Positions 26,878-36,327 of a stretch of 57,504 nt of DNA are shown here, piece by piece. The position numbers and the translations under genes were made by a program. Positions within the stretch are counted from its first letter, which is position 1. Each line of letters starts with the position of its first letter. Below the pieces are notes generated by a model. The model was given only the letters and a program-made list of their open reading frames with translations, was not told where the DNA came from and did no database searches. Location: positions 1 through 57,504 of the IMG/VR virus record IMGVR_UViG_3300036792_000158; one strand, 5' to 3'. This stretch comes from a virus. Taxonomy: Duplodnaviria > Caudoviricetes.

Positions 26878-27593
26878 GGCTGGATTCCTTGTGCCAGAGC
26901 CGCGCCGATGGATGCGCTGCCGATCGCCTGGGGGTAATAGGCGCGCGAGAGAGCGGCCACCGGCGAGGGCGCGGCGTTGTCGCCGTTGCGGACGTAGTGC
27001 CAGTAGGCCGCCGCGAGTTTCGTGTCGTAGCCTTGCGCGTGCTCGCCGACGCCGTTGTAGCCGACGGACAACGTCGTGAATTTCGGCGGATTGGCTTGAA
27101 GCGCCGGCAGCAGGCCGGTCGCGCGAATGTACGCGCCAAAGCCGGCGAGATGGGCAGGTTCGCCGTCGCAGAACGCCGCCCACATATCGTCGACCGTCTT
27201 GTAGCCGAGCATCCCGAAATTGAAGGCCATCACCTGATAGCGGCCGATCGAGCAGCTTTGGAGCGCCGCTTCGGGGTCCAGCTTCATCGCGGCCGCAAGG
27301 CGATCGTATTGGTGGGCGCCCGGCGCTCCGTAGAGCGCGCGGTTCCAGACCGGGGAGGAAATGTTCGGGTTCACCTGATCGTATTTGCCGCCGGTCAGGT
27401 GATGGAAGTATCGGGCCTCGTACAGCATCGCCGGTCGGCCGTCGTGAATAATAAAGGCCGCGCCGCCACTCTCGTTATCGCTGAACGCGTGCATGATCGC
27501 GACCGAGCAATGAAGCGCCGCAGCTTCGTTCGAAATATCGCTGGCGCCGAGCGGTGTCGCCTTGCCTTTGAAATTCGGCGGTATTGTGCTCAT
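26874..27593 (-). CDS. Endolysin, DUF3380-like N-acetylmuramidase
   Basis: ESGG..PAMLYE..AALQSCSIGRYQVMAFN..YNG..YDTKL. Confidence 0.88.
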   Translation of the reverse strand: MSTIPPNFKGKATPLGASDISNEAAALHCSVAIMHAFSDNESGGAAFIIHDGRPAMLYEARYFHHLTGGKYDQVNPNISSPVWNRALYGAPGAHQYDRLAAAMKLDPEAALQSCSIGRYQVMAFNFGMLGYKTVDDMWAAFCDGEPAHLAGFGAYIRATGLLPALQANPPKFTTLSVGYNGVGEHAQGYDTKLAAAYWHYVRNGDNAAPSPVAALSRAYYPQAIGSASIGAALAQGIQP

Positions 27594-27655
27594 CGCGTTT
27601 CCGCAACTACCGGGTGACTATTCGGTGTAACATTCCTGCCTGACCTCTGTTGCCG

Positions 27656-28060
27656 TCAAGCAATGATTGAGACCGCCGTTTGAAGAGTCAGCGCACCGCT
27701 TGACGTAGGGCGTAGGACTTCCGCGACGACTCGGCTGACGAAAATGGCAGGATTGTGAGCGGCGAGAATCTCCGCCAGCACGCCACCCGAGCGCAGACCG
27801 TTGTGCGAACCGAGAACTTCCGCCGCCACGCGCCCCACGAAAATCGGGTTGTGCGCCGACGAGCGCAGGACCTCCACGAAGCTGATCGCCAGGCGAGCCG
27901 CCGGCTGATGCGAGGCCAGCACTTCAGCGACAACACGCGCGCTGCGCAGCGATGACGCGTGCACGACGAGCGCCTCCGCGACGGCGCCCGAGACTCTGAG
28001 GCTCGACGTGTTGACGGCCAGAACCTCGGCGAAACTGCCGGCGACATTGGCGGTCGTCAT
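27656..28060 (-). CDS. Repetitive (AEVL repeat) protein, probably virion-associated
   Basis: Seven ~17-aa repeats ending (A/V)E(V/A/I)L. Confidence 0.7.
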   Translation of the reverse strand: MTTANVAGSFAEVLAVNTSSLRVSGAVAEALVVHASSLRSARVVAEVLASHQPAARLAISFVEVLRSSAHNPIFVGRVAAEVLGSHNGLRSGGVLAEILAAHNPAIFVSRVVAEVLRPTSSGALTLQTAVSIIA

Positions 28061-28063
28061 TCG

Positions 28064-29650
28064 CTACGCCGCGACGCTGTAGCCGGTCTTCATCGCGTTG
28101 ACGCCGCTGGCCGTCCATGCCGCTCCGGTCGCGGGATCTGTGTCGTAATTGACGGAATAGAACTGCATCGACGTGCCGATGGTGATGGCGGCCGAGGCGC
28201 TATCGGTCGAGCCGGATTTCAGGTTCGTCGAAAGCGTGCGCGCGCCGCTGTCCGACTTCTGCGCCAGGACGGTGACAACCACCGTCGCGATCGACTGCGG
28301 CGTCACCGGCAAGGCCGACATCGTGAACAAATCTTCCTGCCCCACGGTGCTCGAGGAATTGTAAGCCAGGTCGGCGCCCTGAGAGACCGGGCCCGGCGCG
28401 TTGATGACCTGCGCGTAATTGCTGGCCGCCCCCGTGCAGTTGCCCCAGATCGCCCAGAGCGGTTGACCCGTCGTCACGGCCGGCGCCGTCCCGGGCGCCC
28501 CGCTGGTATAGGTGTTGTTGGCCGAAACCCCGGTCGCGGAGATGTTGTCGGACTGCTGAATCGCGATCGAGGTATCGGTGATATAGCCGATCCAGTAAGC
28601 CGTGCCGGCCGTGAGCGCCTGCGGCGTCGTCAGCGCCAGGCTCAAATTAGTGCCGTTCGTGCAGCCGATCGCTTCCGTGCCGCTCGACAGCAGCGTGCCG
28701 GGCGAGCCCGAGCTGTCGGCGTAAACGACGCCTTTGAACTTCGCCGTCGCGCTCGTCGCGACCGGCAGGATGCCGATGCTGTTGAGCGTGACGCCGACGG
28801 CCGGTGTGACCTTTTCGAGCACCAGCTTGTTCGCGCCTGGCGCGTTGTTCGAGAGCGTCGCCTGTCGGTAGTTGCCGATCACCGAGGCGGTTTTCGCGAA
28901 TGCCACGGCGCTGTCCGCGGTCGCGACCAGCAGATCAACCGTGCTGTCTCCGCGCTGCGCGTTGTTCGCGGCGCCCGTCGTGTCGAAGCAATACATATCG
29001 TCGAAGGCGGCGGCGCCGCTGCCGGTGACGGTCACGAGCGCGATCTGATTGACGTAGTTGTTGGTGCTGCCGCCGCGGGTGTTCTGGGCGCTTTGGTTCG
29101 TGATGCTGGCGCCGTCGAGCCAGATTTGGAAGGCGCCCGTTGTGCTGTTGATCGTCAGGTCGATCTCGATGTAGTGCCAGCTGTTGGCCGGGATCGTCTG
29201 CGTCGACGTGTATTGGGCGGTTCCGCCGACGTCGCCGTGCCCGAAATTGATGTGCCCGCCGCTGTCCACCCAGAGCGCGCATTGCACGGTGCCGTTGTCG
29301 TTGAACCGCACCCCGCAATTGCCGATCAGCACGCTTTGGAAGGCGAAGCCGAGGATAATGCGGGAGTCGTTCGCCGGCAGGTTCCGGGTCGCGGTGATGA
29401 GGCCTGTTGTGGATTTCAGGACGAAGGCAAGTGTGCCCGCGCCGCCGCGGCCCTGCATCAGCGATGCGAAGCCGTTCGACGTTGTGAGCGCCAGCCAGGC
29501 CCCCAGGAGAAAGCCTTGGCTGGCCTCGTTGGTGTTGCCGCCGTTGCCGAGGCTCGCCGTGGTGGCGATGACGCCGGCCAGCGTGCTCGGCACGTCGGGG
29601 GTGCCGCTGGGCCCGTATTTCTCGAAGCCGTCGACGAAAACTACTGCCAT
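28064..29650 (-). CDS. Virion/tail protein, ConA-like beta-sandwich
   Basis: FVDGFE N-terminus; NSWHYIE..LWLDG-type motif; T/G/S rich. Confidence 0.7.
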   Translation of the reverse strand: MAVVFVDGFEKYGPSGTPDVPSTLAGVIATTASLGNGGNTNEASQGFLLGAWLALTTSNGFASLMQGRGGAGTLAFVLKSTTGLITATRNLPANDSRIILGFAFQSVLIGNCGVRFNDNGTVQCALWVDSGGHINFGHGDVGGTAQYTSTQTIPANSWHYIEIDLTINSTTGAFQIWLDGASITNQSAQNTRGGSTNNYVNQIALVTVTGSGAAAFDDMYCFDTTGAANNAQRGDSTVDLLVATADSAVAFAKTASVIGNYRQATLSNNAPGANKLVLEKVTPAVGVTLNSIGILPVATSATAKFKGVVYADSSGSPGTLLSSGTEAIGCTNGTNLSLALTTPQALTAGTAYWIGYITDTSIAIQQSDNISATGVSANNTYTSGAPGTAPAVTTGQPLWAIWGNCTGAASNYAQVINAPGPVSQGADLAYNSSSTVGQEDLFTMSALPVTPQSIATVVVTVLAQKSDSGARTLSTNLKSGSTDSASAAITIGTSMQFYSVNYDTDPATGAAWTASGVNAMKTGYSVAA

Positions 29651-29666
29651 TGCTGCACCCGGTTCC

Positions 29667-32126
29667 TTATGTCTCGTACGCGACGAGGGTGGCGTAGAAA
29701 TTCGCAAAACTCGCGTCGGCGCTTGCGGGCGCAATCGCGCGTAGTCTGTCGCCCTGCGCCGCATTCTGGTCGACTCCGCCCGTGGTGGCGAAGGTCGGCG
29801 TTACCGTTCCGGCCGCGAAGGTGATCGTGCCGATCGTCGACCATGTGTTCGGCGAGGCCGCGAGCGCCTTGTCGATGTTGATGACGGTCGAGCCCGTCGC
29901 CGCGGCGGTGCCGCCGGCCTGCGACGCGTGCCCCAGATGCGCGCCGAAATTTGCCGGGATCGTGATGTCTTTGCTGACCGGGTGAATGCCGAGAAGCTGG
30001 CTGGCGGCCAGCACACCCCCGACGAACGAGAACGCGAAATTGTATTTCGGCCGCTTATTCTCGAACTTCGCCGCGACGGAATCGTAGACCAGGAGATCGC
30101 TGTCGGCCGGGCTTCCGATCTGCAGCCAGTTCGCGCCGGCCGCCACGTTCGCTCCCGCGATCTGTACGAACGCGATCGTCACGGTGCCGATTTTGAGGTT
30201 CGGCGCGCTCCCGCTCACGTTGGCGATCCACATGCTCGAACCGTTGACCGTGCCGTTCAGCACGTACCAGACGTGACCCGAATCGATGTTTGATGCCTGC
30301 GGATCGTTGTCGCCCTGATCGGCGTCCACAGCGCGGGTCAGGATCCAGGGATGCGTGGAGTCGCCGACCTGCGTGATCGTGTAGACGCCGTTCTGCGTCT
30401 GATCGACCTGATCTTTCACCAGCACCCGGAAGCCGACCAGCGCCGCGGTCGGAACGCTGTCGATCGAGCCGAGCGCACCGTTGGCGGTGGCCGTCAGGGT
30501 CGCGCCTACGCCGCTGCTGCCGTTGCTGTACGTGCACGACGGCAGCGCCGCCGTCGTCGCCATGCCTACGGTCTGGTGGAACGAGTTCGAGCCGACGTAG
30601 TACCAGAAGGGCAGCGCGGCCCCGCCCGACATGAGCGCCTGGGTGCTGGCGCGCCCCGCCGCCACAGCGGACCAAGCCGAGGCGCCGCGCGCCAGCATGG
30701 TGCCCGCCGTCGTGCCGAACAGCGCATCGAGGAGCGCCGTCAGCGTCCGGTTTTCCCACTTCCCGGCCGAGGTCACGAAGCTGAGCAGATCGTGATCGGC
30801 CGGGCTGGTCAGGGCGACATCGGTATCGCCCGAGAGCGTGGTGCTGACCGCCGCGGCATTGACGTTGTGCCACTTCGAGAGGCTCGCGCTGTATTCGAGC
30901 ACCTGGCCGTCGAGCGGACTGCTGATCACCACGTCGGCGAGAAGCGACAGCACATAGGCGGCGTTGATCCAGTGCGCGCCGTCGTATTTGAGAACCTCAT
31001 CGGCGCCGAGGCTCGTCAGCGCGACATCGGACAGCGCGGCGAGCGTCGAGGCGCCTGCGCCGCCGCCGGGGTTGACGTTGATCCACTTCGACGTGGCGGC
31101 GTGCCAGGCCAGGACTTGCGTGTCCGAGAGGCTGCTGATCGTGACGTCCGAGAGACCGGCCAGGCCGGGCAGGTTGTCGTTCACCCATTTGGACGCGCTC
31201 GCGTTCCACCGCAGATATTGCTTATCCGCGAGGCTCGTGAGCGCGACATCGGCCTTGCCGCCGAGCGTATCGGCCTCGTTGCCCCAATCGCTGCCGTCGT
31301 AGACGAGATGCTGACCCGCAACAGGCGTGACGATCGCCACGTCGGAGAGCGCCGATAGAGCGGTCGAGCCGCCGCCGGTGCCACCGGCATTGACGTTGAC
31401 CCATTTGTTCGTCGCCGCGTGCCAGGCCAAGACTTGGGTATCGCCGAGCGACGTAAGCTGCACGTCGGGCAGACTCGATAGGCCAAGCGGCGCCGTGTTC
31501 TTCCATTTGGCCGCAGTCGAGTCGTACGTCAGAACTTGCCCATTGGCCGGGCCCGTCAGCGTGACATCGGTAAGGCTGCCGAGCCCAGTCGACCCCGGCA
31601 GAGTGGCGTTGATCCACTTCGAGCTGGTCGCGTCCCATTTCAGGTATTGCTGATCGGAGAGGCCGGTCAGCAGGACGTCGTCGAGCCCGGCGATGCCGGC
31701 CGCGGCCGCTTCCATCAGCTTGTAGTAGAGCGGGTTGCCGCCGGTGTCGGTTGCGTTTTCGTCGAACGTGGCGGCGCTGGTGTGATTCAGGAGGACGAAG
31801 TACAGCCCGACGCCGTCCACCTTGAACGCATCGAGCTGCACATATGCGGTCGTTGGCGACCAGGTGCCGAGGAAGCGAAAGGCAAGGATCGGGATCGGGA
31901 TCGGGCCGATCGCGGTCCCGTCCTGCAGATGCACGGTCAGGTTTGAGCCTGTAACCGTGATGCTGACGATGTTGTTGGGTTCCGGCCGATCGGCGAGCAG
32001 ATCGGTGATGGACTGCACGATGTTCCAGAAATTGCCATCGACATCGGCCGCGGTGAGATTGTGGCCGACGCCGCTGCCCCAACGGGAACCGTCTGTCGTG
32101 CGGTATGTGATCGCCGGAACTGGCAT
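29667..32126 (-). CDS. Tail fibre with L-x-D-V repeats
   Basis: About nine repeats LSDV.lts....qvL.y.....kW.N; RVLVKDQ..QNGVY..LTRA module. Confidence 0.82.
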   Translation of the reverse strand: MPVPAITYRTTDGSRWGSGVGHNLTAADVDGNFWNIVQSITDLLADRPEPNNIVSITVTGSNLTVHLQDGTAIGPIPIPILAFRFLGTWSPTTAYVQLDAFKVDGVGLYFVLLNHTSAATFDENATDTGGNPLYYKLMEAAAAGIAGLDDVLLTGLSDQQYLKWDATSSKWINATLPGSTGLGSLTDVTLTGPANGQVLTYDSTAAKWKNTAPLGLSSLPDVQLTSLGDTQVLAWHAATNKWVNVNAGGTGGGSTALSALSDVAIVTPVAGQHLVYDGSDWGNEADTLGGKADVALTSLADKQYLRWNASASKWVNDNLPGLAGLSDVTISSLSDTQVLAWHAATSKWINVNPGGGAGASTLAALSDVALTSLGADEVLKYDGAHWINAAYVLSLLADVVISSPLDGQVLEYSASLSKWHNVNAAAVSTTLSGDTDVALTSPADHDLLSFVTSAGKWENRTLTALLDALFGTTAGTMLARGASAWSAVAAGRASTQALMSGGAALPFWYYVGSNSFHQTVGMATTAALPSCTYSNGSSGVGATLTATANGALGSIDSVPTAALVGFRVLVKDQVDQTQNGVYTITQVGDSTHPWILTRAVDADQGDNDPQASNIDSGHVWYVLNGTVNGSSMWIANVSGSAPNLKIGTVTIAFVQIAGANVAAGANWLQIGSPADSDLLVYDSVAAKFENKRPKYNFAFSFVGGVLAASQLLGIHPVSKDITIPANFGAHLGHASQAGGTAAATGSTVINIDKALAASPNTWSTIGTITFAAGTVTPTFATTGGVDQNAAQGDRLRAIAPASADASFANFYATLVAYET

Positions 32127-32770
32127 CAGGGGAAATCCTGCTCTGTGCGACTGACAATTCCGGTCTTGTCGAACAGCCACTCGACGATGCGGCCGCCGCG
32201 CGAAGGCGTCTCCGCGGTGTCCGTCGTGTCGAAGACCAGCGTTCCCGCGTCGCTTTCGACCTCGAAGCCGCTTGCGACCGTGAAATCCGTCGGCGTGCGG
32301 TAGCCGCGTATTCGCAGAATGCTCGGCTGCGCCCCACCGCTGGCGAAGCCGAGGCCCGCGAACGTGTTGACCGAGATCGAATAGCTGGCTTTGGGCAGCG
32401 GATGGCTTCCGCCGGCGGCATCTGAATAGGTGTCGCCCTGATGCTTGGGGAACCCGGTGTTCAGATTGAATATCCAGCTCTTGCGCTTGTTGAAGAAAGG
32501 ATCGACCCCATCCGAGCCGTATGCGCCGAGCGGCACCCAGCCGCCGGCAAAGTCGTCGAAGCCGAATTCAGAAATATCGACCGAGTGCCAATCGGTCTTT
32601 CTTATCTTGCCGCCCGGGTTCGCGGGGGCGAGGCTGAAATCCACCCCTGCAAAGTCGCCCAAGATAACCGCCTGAAAGTCGGGGAGCGTCAGATCGAGGA
32701 TCACCGCGAATATGCCGCCCCATTGCACGTTCACGATGTCCGTCCAAGGGTCGAGATTTACGCCGCTCAC
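32126..32770 (-). CDS. Hypothetical tail-region protein
   Basis: LDPWTDIVNVQW; overlaps both neighbours. Confidence 0.65.
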   Translation of the reverse strand: MSGVNLDPWTDIVNVQWGGIFAVILDLTLPDFQAVILGDFAGVDFSLAPANPGGKIRKTDWHSVDISEFGFDDFAGGWVPLGAYGSDGVDPFFNKRKSWIFNLNTGFPKHQGDTYSDAAGGSHPLPKASYSISVNTFAGLGFASGGAQPSILRIRGYRTPTDFTVASGFEVESDAGTLVFDTTDTAETPSRGGRIVEWLFDKTGIVSRTEQDFP

Positions 32771-33258
32771 GATATCAGGTCTCCGTCTCCCGGCGGCGGC
32801 TTCAGCTGGAATTCCTCGTTGCTCGGCTGCGGCGGCGCCGTTGGCGGCGGCTGCGGCGTATTCTCAGATGGCGGCACCCCATCAACCGGCTGCTGGCCTC
32901 CCGGTGTCTGCGTCCCGTCCGGGTTCGTCGGCGGCGCAAGCGTAGTTGAGCCCGCAGGTGACATGGCGGTGGTTGGCTGGAACGATATATTCTTGATGCG
33001 CGCCACGTCCACAAATTGCGTCGGGTCATCCTTGTTCTTCACTCGCACGGTTTCGGTGGTGCGCGACTTCTCAACGTACTTGTTCTCGTTCGGGAATTTG
33101 ATCGTCGCGATCTGCACCAGCACCGGCTGCGCCAGCGAGCCCGCCGCACCCCATTGCAGCACAGCCGGTTCCGGCGGCGTCTTCTCCGTCGCGATGACAA
33201 TGCGGGCGGTCGCCGTGACGCCCGGGCTTTGAAACGGGCGAACAATGCCCTCAAGCAC
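32767..33258 (-). CDS. Hypothetical tail-region protein
   Basis: IVRPFQ..E.SR.TETVRV.N.DD..FVDV.R; Pro-rich tail. Confidence 0.7.
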   Translation of the reverse strand: MLEGIVRPFQSPGVTATARIVIATEKTPPEPAVLQWGAAGSLAQPVLVQIATIKFPNENKYVEKSRTTETVRVKNKDDPTQFVDVARIKNISFQPTTAMSPAGSTTLAPPTNPDGTQTPGGQQPVDGVPPSENTPQPPPTAPPQPSNEEFQLKPPPGDGDLIS

Positions 33259-35899
33259 TCGGCGCCTCCAAGTCGATCGTCTTCGGCACCATCAGCGTCG
33301 AAACCGCGGGCTCGAAGATCGTCTGAAAAGGGCCGCCCGTCACTGAGACGAGATTGACCGCCACCCTCGTTGGCGCCGCCGAGAGCGCCGCGGTCGGGTC
33401 GGGGAGACGCGGTGACGTGAACGGAGTGATGCTGAACAGGCCCTCCACACCGTCTATGGCCGCGTCGACCGCCCTGCGCTGCGCCGGCGGGCCGTTTGTA
33501 ACGGAAATCCCGTTGACGCTCGTAAGCTCGGTCTGTCCCGTGATCGCGAACACAGAGGCCGACAGCGTCGCGGTCGCCGGCGCGTTCATCGCGACGGGCG
33601 ATCCGAAGAAAACGAAGGTCGCCCCGGAAGGAATGCCGGGCCCGCTGATGCCATATGTGAGCCCCTGTTCCATGCCGTCCGTATTGTCGAGATGCACGGC
33701 GCTGCTTCGGATGACGGTGCTGCCGGTGGTGCTGATCGACATATCCGCATCGATCAGGCCCGAGCGCAGCACATTCGCCGGGGTCATATTCAGCAGATCG
33801 ACGCCATCGTCATCCAACAGCAGCTCGTCAAAACTCTGATATGCGATCTCGCCCGGCAGCAGCGTCACCATGCCGCCGGAAGAGAGCTGATACCCGGGCT
33901 CGACATAGCCCACGTCCACATAATCGGGCGTGCCGTCAAGCGCCGCGAGCGTGTTCCCGTGACCCACGCTGCAGCCGATCGTGATCTCGCCGAATTGGCC
34001 CGTCGCGGCCGCGACCGAAAGTCGATGCTCGATGACCTTTCCGATCGCCTCGCCGCCGGGCAGCCGTCGATCGTACAGGCGCACGCTATGCCGGCACGTC
34101 AGCGCGATGGCGACTTCCCAGCGAGCGCGGAACTTGATCTTCACGGTGCGCGCACGCGCCAGCAGCTTCGCGCGGGCGATCAGCAACAGGAACTCGAAGC
34201 TGTAGGCGCCGCGGTCGGTTCTGAAATAGCTGTTGAGCCTGACATCCCTGATGGGCAGCGCGCCTTCGGGATCAATGGGCTGGTCGACCAGCGCGGAGGA
34301 TAGGCTGATGGTCTCCTGTTCCACCGCGTTCGCGGCCGGCAGCGTAATCGTCAACGCGACGCCGGTGGCATCGGCAATCGCCTCCGACTTCATCGTGACC
34401 GAAAGCCCCTGGACCGTCGCGGTGATAAGGAGGTCGATCGAATCGCCGTTGCCGACCGCCGGCGCGCTGATGAAGAGAATGGCACCGCGAGAGGGCGCGA
34501 CGAACGTTGCACCCGTCGGGATCGTGCTGCCGGATATGCCGTAGACGGCGCCCGGGATCAGCCCGGAGATGCTGCCGATATGATCGAGGACGGCGCTGCC
34601 GAGGCGGGTGTCGGCCGTCGTATGCAGCGCGAATCCGGGATCGCTCCATTGACCTTCGTCAACGGCGATGAAGGTGTTGCCTGGCGGTATCCCCGCGCCC
34701 TCAATCTTATAGGTGAGACCCGGCACGATGCCGGCCAGGCTTCCGATATTCTGGACAACGAGGCTCCCGTTGGTCGTATCTCCCGTGGTGTTGAGAACGA
34801 AATCCTGGTCGGCCTCGGTCTGCACCGCTTGGACATCGGCCGAGAGGTTGAAGCTGACGACTTCCGATCGCTTCCGGCTCGCGTCGTAATGCACCTGAAA
34901 GACGATGGAGTAGAAATCCAGGGGAAAGGTGATCGTGTAGGCGCCGCGCTCGCCGGGCGGAATGCCCGGGTTGCTGAACAGCTCTTGAACCGCGCTGAAG
35001 CCGTAGGACCGCGTATAGGTTCCCGGCAGGACGTATTGCCCCGGGATCTTCGGCACCGCAAAGAGCGGCGCGAGCTGCTTGGGTAGATCGCTCTGAGGCG
35101 TCAGCGGATTGATACTGGCCTGGGTGATGGACGAGGCGAAAGAGACAGACCAGCCGCCGCCGATGCTCGTGCCAGGCTTCGGCCACGAATTGAATAGGCC
35201 GTCGCCGGTGAAGCTGCTGATCATCGGATAATTGCCCGACGATCCGGCCGCTTGGAACGACTGCACCATCTCCCGGGTCAGATCAACGTCGCCGCTTCCG
35301 ATCTGCGTCCAGCTGAGCGAAGCGATCACGGTCACGGCATGAAGTGGCGGCTGGCCGTACGTCGTTTCCATGTGATCGTAAAGATGCGAGTCTTCGTCGA
35401 CATCGACGATGCCGGCCTCGCCCACCAGGATGTCCGAAATGCTGAGCGTCAGCGTGACGCGATCGACATGCCAGAGCGAGCTGCGGGTTTCGAGCACCGT
35501 ATCGGGATCATCGACCTTGTCGACCAGCCAAACCGGATCCCAGAACGGCAGCACCCGCAGACTGTCCGCGAGCGCCGCCTTGCGTTCGAGGTAGTCGAGG
35601 GGGCGCGCGACGAATGCCAGCTTGACGATTTCCCCTGTCAGATTGTCGGGCACACCGACGATGCGGCCATAGAACAGCGGCACGACACCGCTGCCGCTGT
35701 CCCAGGAGAGAAAGGCCCAGAGCTGACGGCCAGGCGCCAGAAGCCCTACCCGCGGGTTCCTGATCTCGATCTGCGCCTGCGCGAAGTCGCCCTCGTTCTG
35801 GGTGATCTCGACCGAGACGATCTGCTCGTCCTCGCGTTCCAGCGACGAATCGAAGGTTTGGCCCGGCCCGCACCAAGCGAAGAAGAACGGGCCCGCCAC
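33251..35899 (-). CDS. Tail tip/hub protein with inserted beta-modules
   Basis: 882 aa, second gene after the tape measure; PLFYGRIVGVP. Confidence 0.72.
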   Translation of the reverse strand: MAGPFFFAWCGPGQTFDSSLEREDEQIVSVEITQNEGDFAQAQIEIRNPRVGLLAPGRQLWAFLSWDSGSGVVPLFYGRIVGVPDNLTGEIVKLAFVARPLDYLERKAALADSLRVLPFWDPVWLVDKVDDPDTVLETRSSLWHVDRVTLTLSISDILVGEAGIVDVDEDSHLYDHMETTYGQPPLHAVTVIASLSWTQIGSGDVDLTREMVQSFQAAGSSGNYPMISSFTGDGLFNSWPKPGTSIGGGWSVSFASSITQASINPLTPQSDLPKQLAPLFAVPKIPGQYVLPGTYTRSYGFSAVQELFSNPGIPPGERGAYTITFPLDFYSIVFQVHYDASRKRSEVVSFNLSADVQAVQTEADQDFVLNTTGDTTNGSLVVQNIGSLAGIVPGLTYKIEGAGIPPGNTFIAVDEGQWSDPGFALHTTADTRLGSAVLDHIGSISGLIPGAVYGISGSTIPTGATFVAPSRGAILFISAPAVGNGDSIDLLITATVQGLSVTMKSEAIADATGVALTITLPAANAVEQETISLSSALVDQPIDPEGALPIRDVRLNSYFRTDRGAYSFEFLLLIARAKLLARARTVKIKFRARWEVAIALTCRHSVRLYDRRLPGGEAIGKVIEHRLSVAAATGQFGEITIGCSVGHGNTLAALDGTPDYVDVGYVEPGYQLSSGGMVTLLPGEIAYQSFDELLLDDDGVDLLNMTPANVLRSGLIDADMSISTTGSTVIRSSAVHLDNTDGMEQGLTYGISGPGIPSGATFVFFGSPVAMNAPATATLSASVFAITGQTELTSVNGISVTNGPPAQRRAVDAAIDGVEGLFSITPFTSPRLPDPTAALSAAPTRVAVNLVSVTGGPFQTIFEPAVSTLMVPKTIDLEAPSA

Positions 35900-36327
35900 T
35901 ACACTTCCTCAAGGTCGAGTTGCCAATCCTCTACCGCCTGCCACTCCTCAAGCGTATCGGTGAAGGCCATCACCATCATAGTCAGTTGCGGCCGATAGAA
36001 GGTGAAGTCGCCGTCGACTCGTGACGAGCCCGAGACAACTGTCCGCGACGGCGCCCCGCCGGCGGTCAGATACGACAGCTCTTTGACGCAATCGACGGTC
36101 ACGATCATGCCCGGCCAGAGGCCATCGAAGGCCGGCGGGTTTTGATCCTGGCAGGTGATGGTCGACTTGAACTTCCGCATCTGAGTCGGCGAAAGATCGA
36201 TCAGCGTGCCGTTGACCGTGCGCGCGGTGACTTTCGTCCCGTCGATCGGCTCGAGCTTCTGTTTCAGGCCGCGGGCGGAATAGGGCGGGATACCGTTCGG
36301 CGAGATGACTAGAAGCGTATCAGCCAC
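35899..36327 (-). CDS. Distal tail protein-like
   Basis: RTVNGTLIDLS..LEEV; follows the tape measure. Confidence 0.65.
   Translation of the reverse strand: MADTLLVISPNGIPPYSARGLKQKLEPIDGTKVTARTVNGTLIDLSPTQMRKFKSTITCQDQNPPAFDGLWPGMIVTVDCVKELSYLTAGGAPSRTVVSGSSRVDGDFTFYRPQLTMMVMAFTDTLEEWQAVEDWQLDLEEV

Noticed and set aside
27959-29824. Long plus-strand ORFs (621 aa here; also 76-1341, 12340-13560, 42641-43921)
   Set aside because: Antisense shadows of real genes in high-GC DNA; Arg-rich with no motifs.
29667-35899. Diversity-generating retroelement or shufflon in the tail genes
   Set aside because: No reverse transcriptase or invertase, and no adenine-variant TR/VR pair seen; the repeats are diverged protein repeats.
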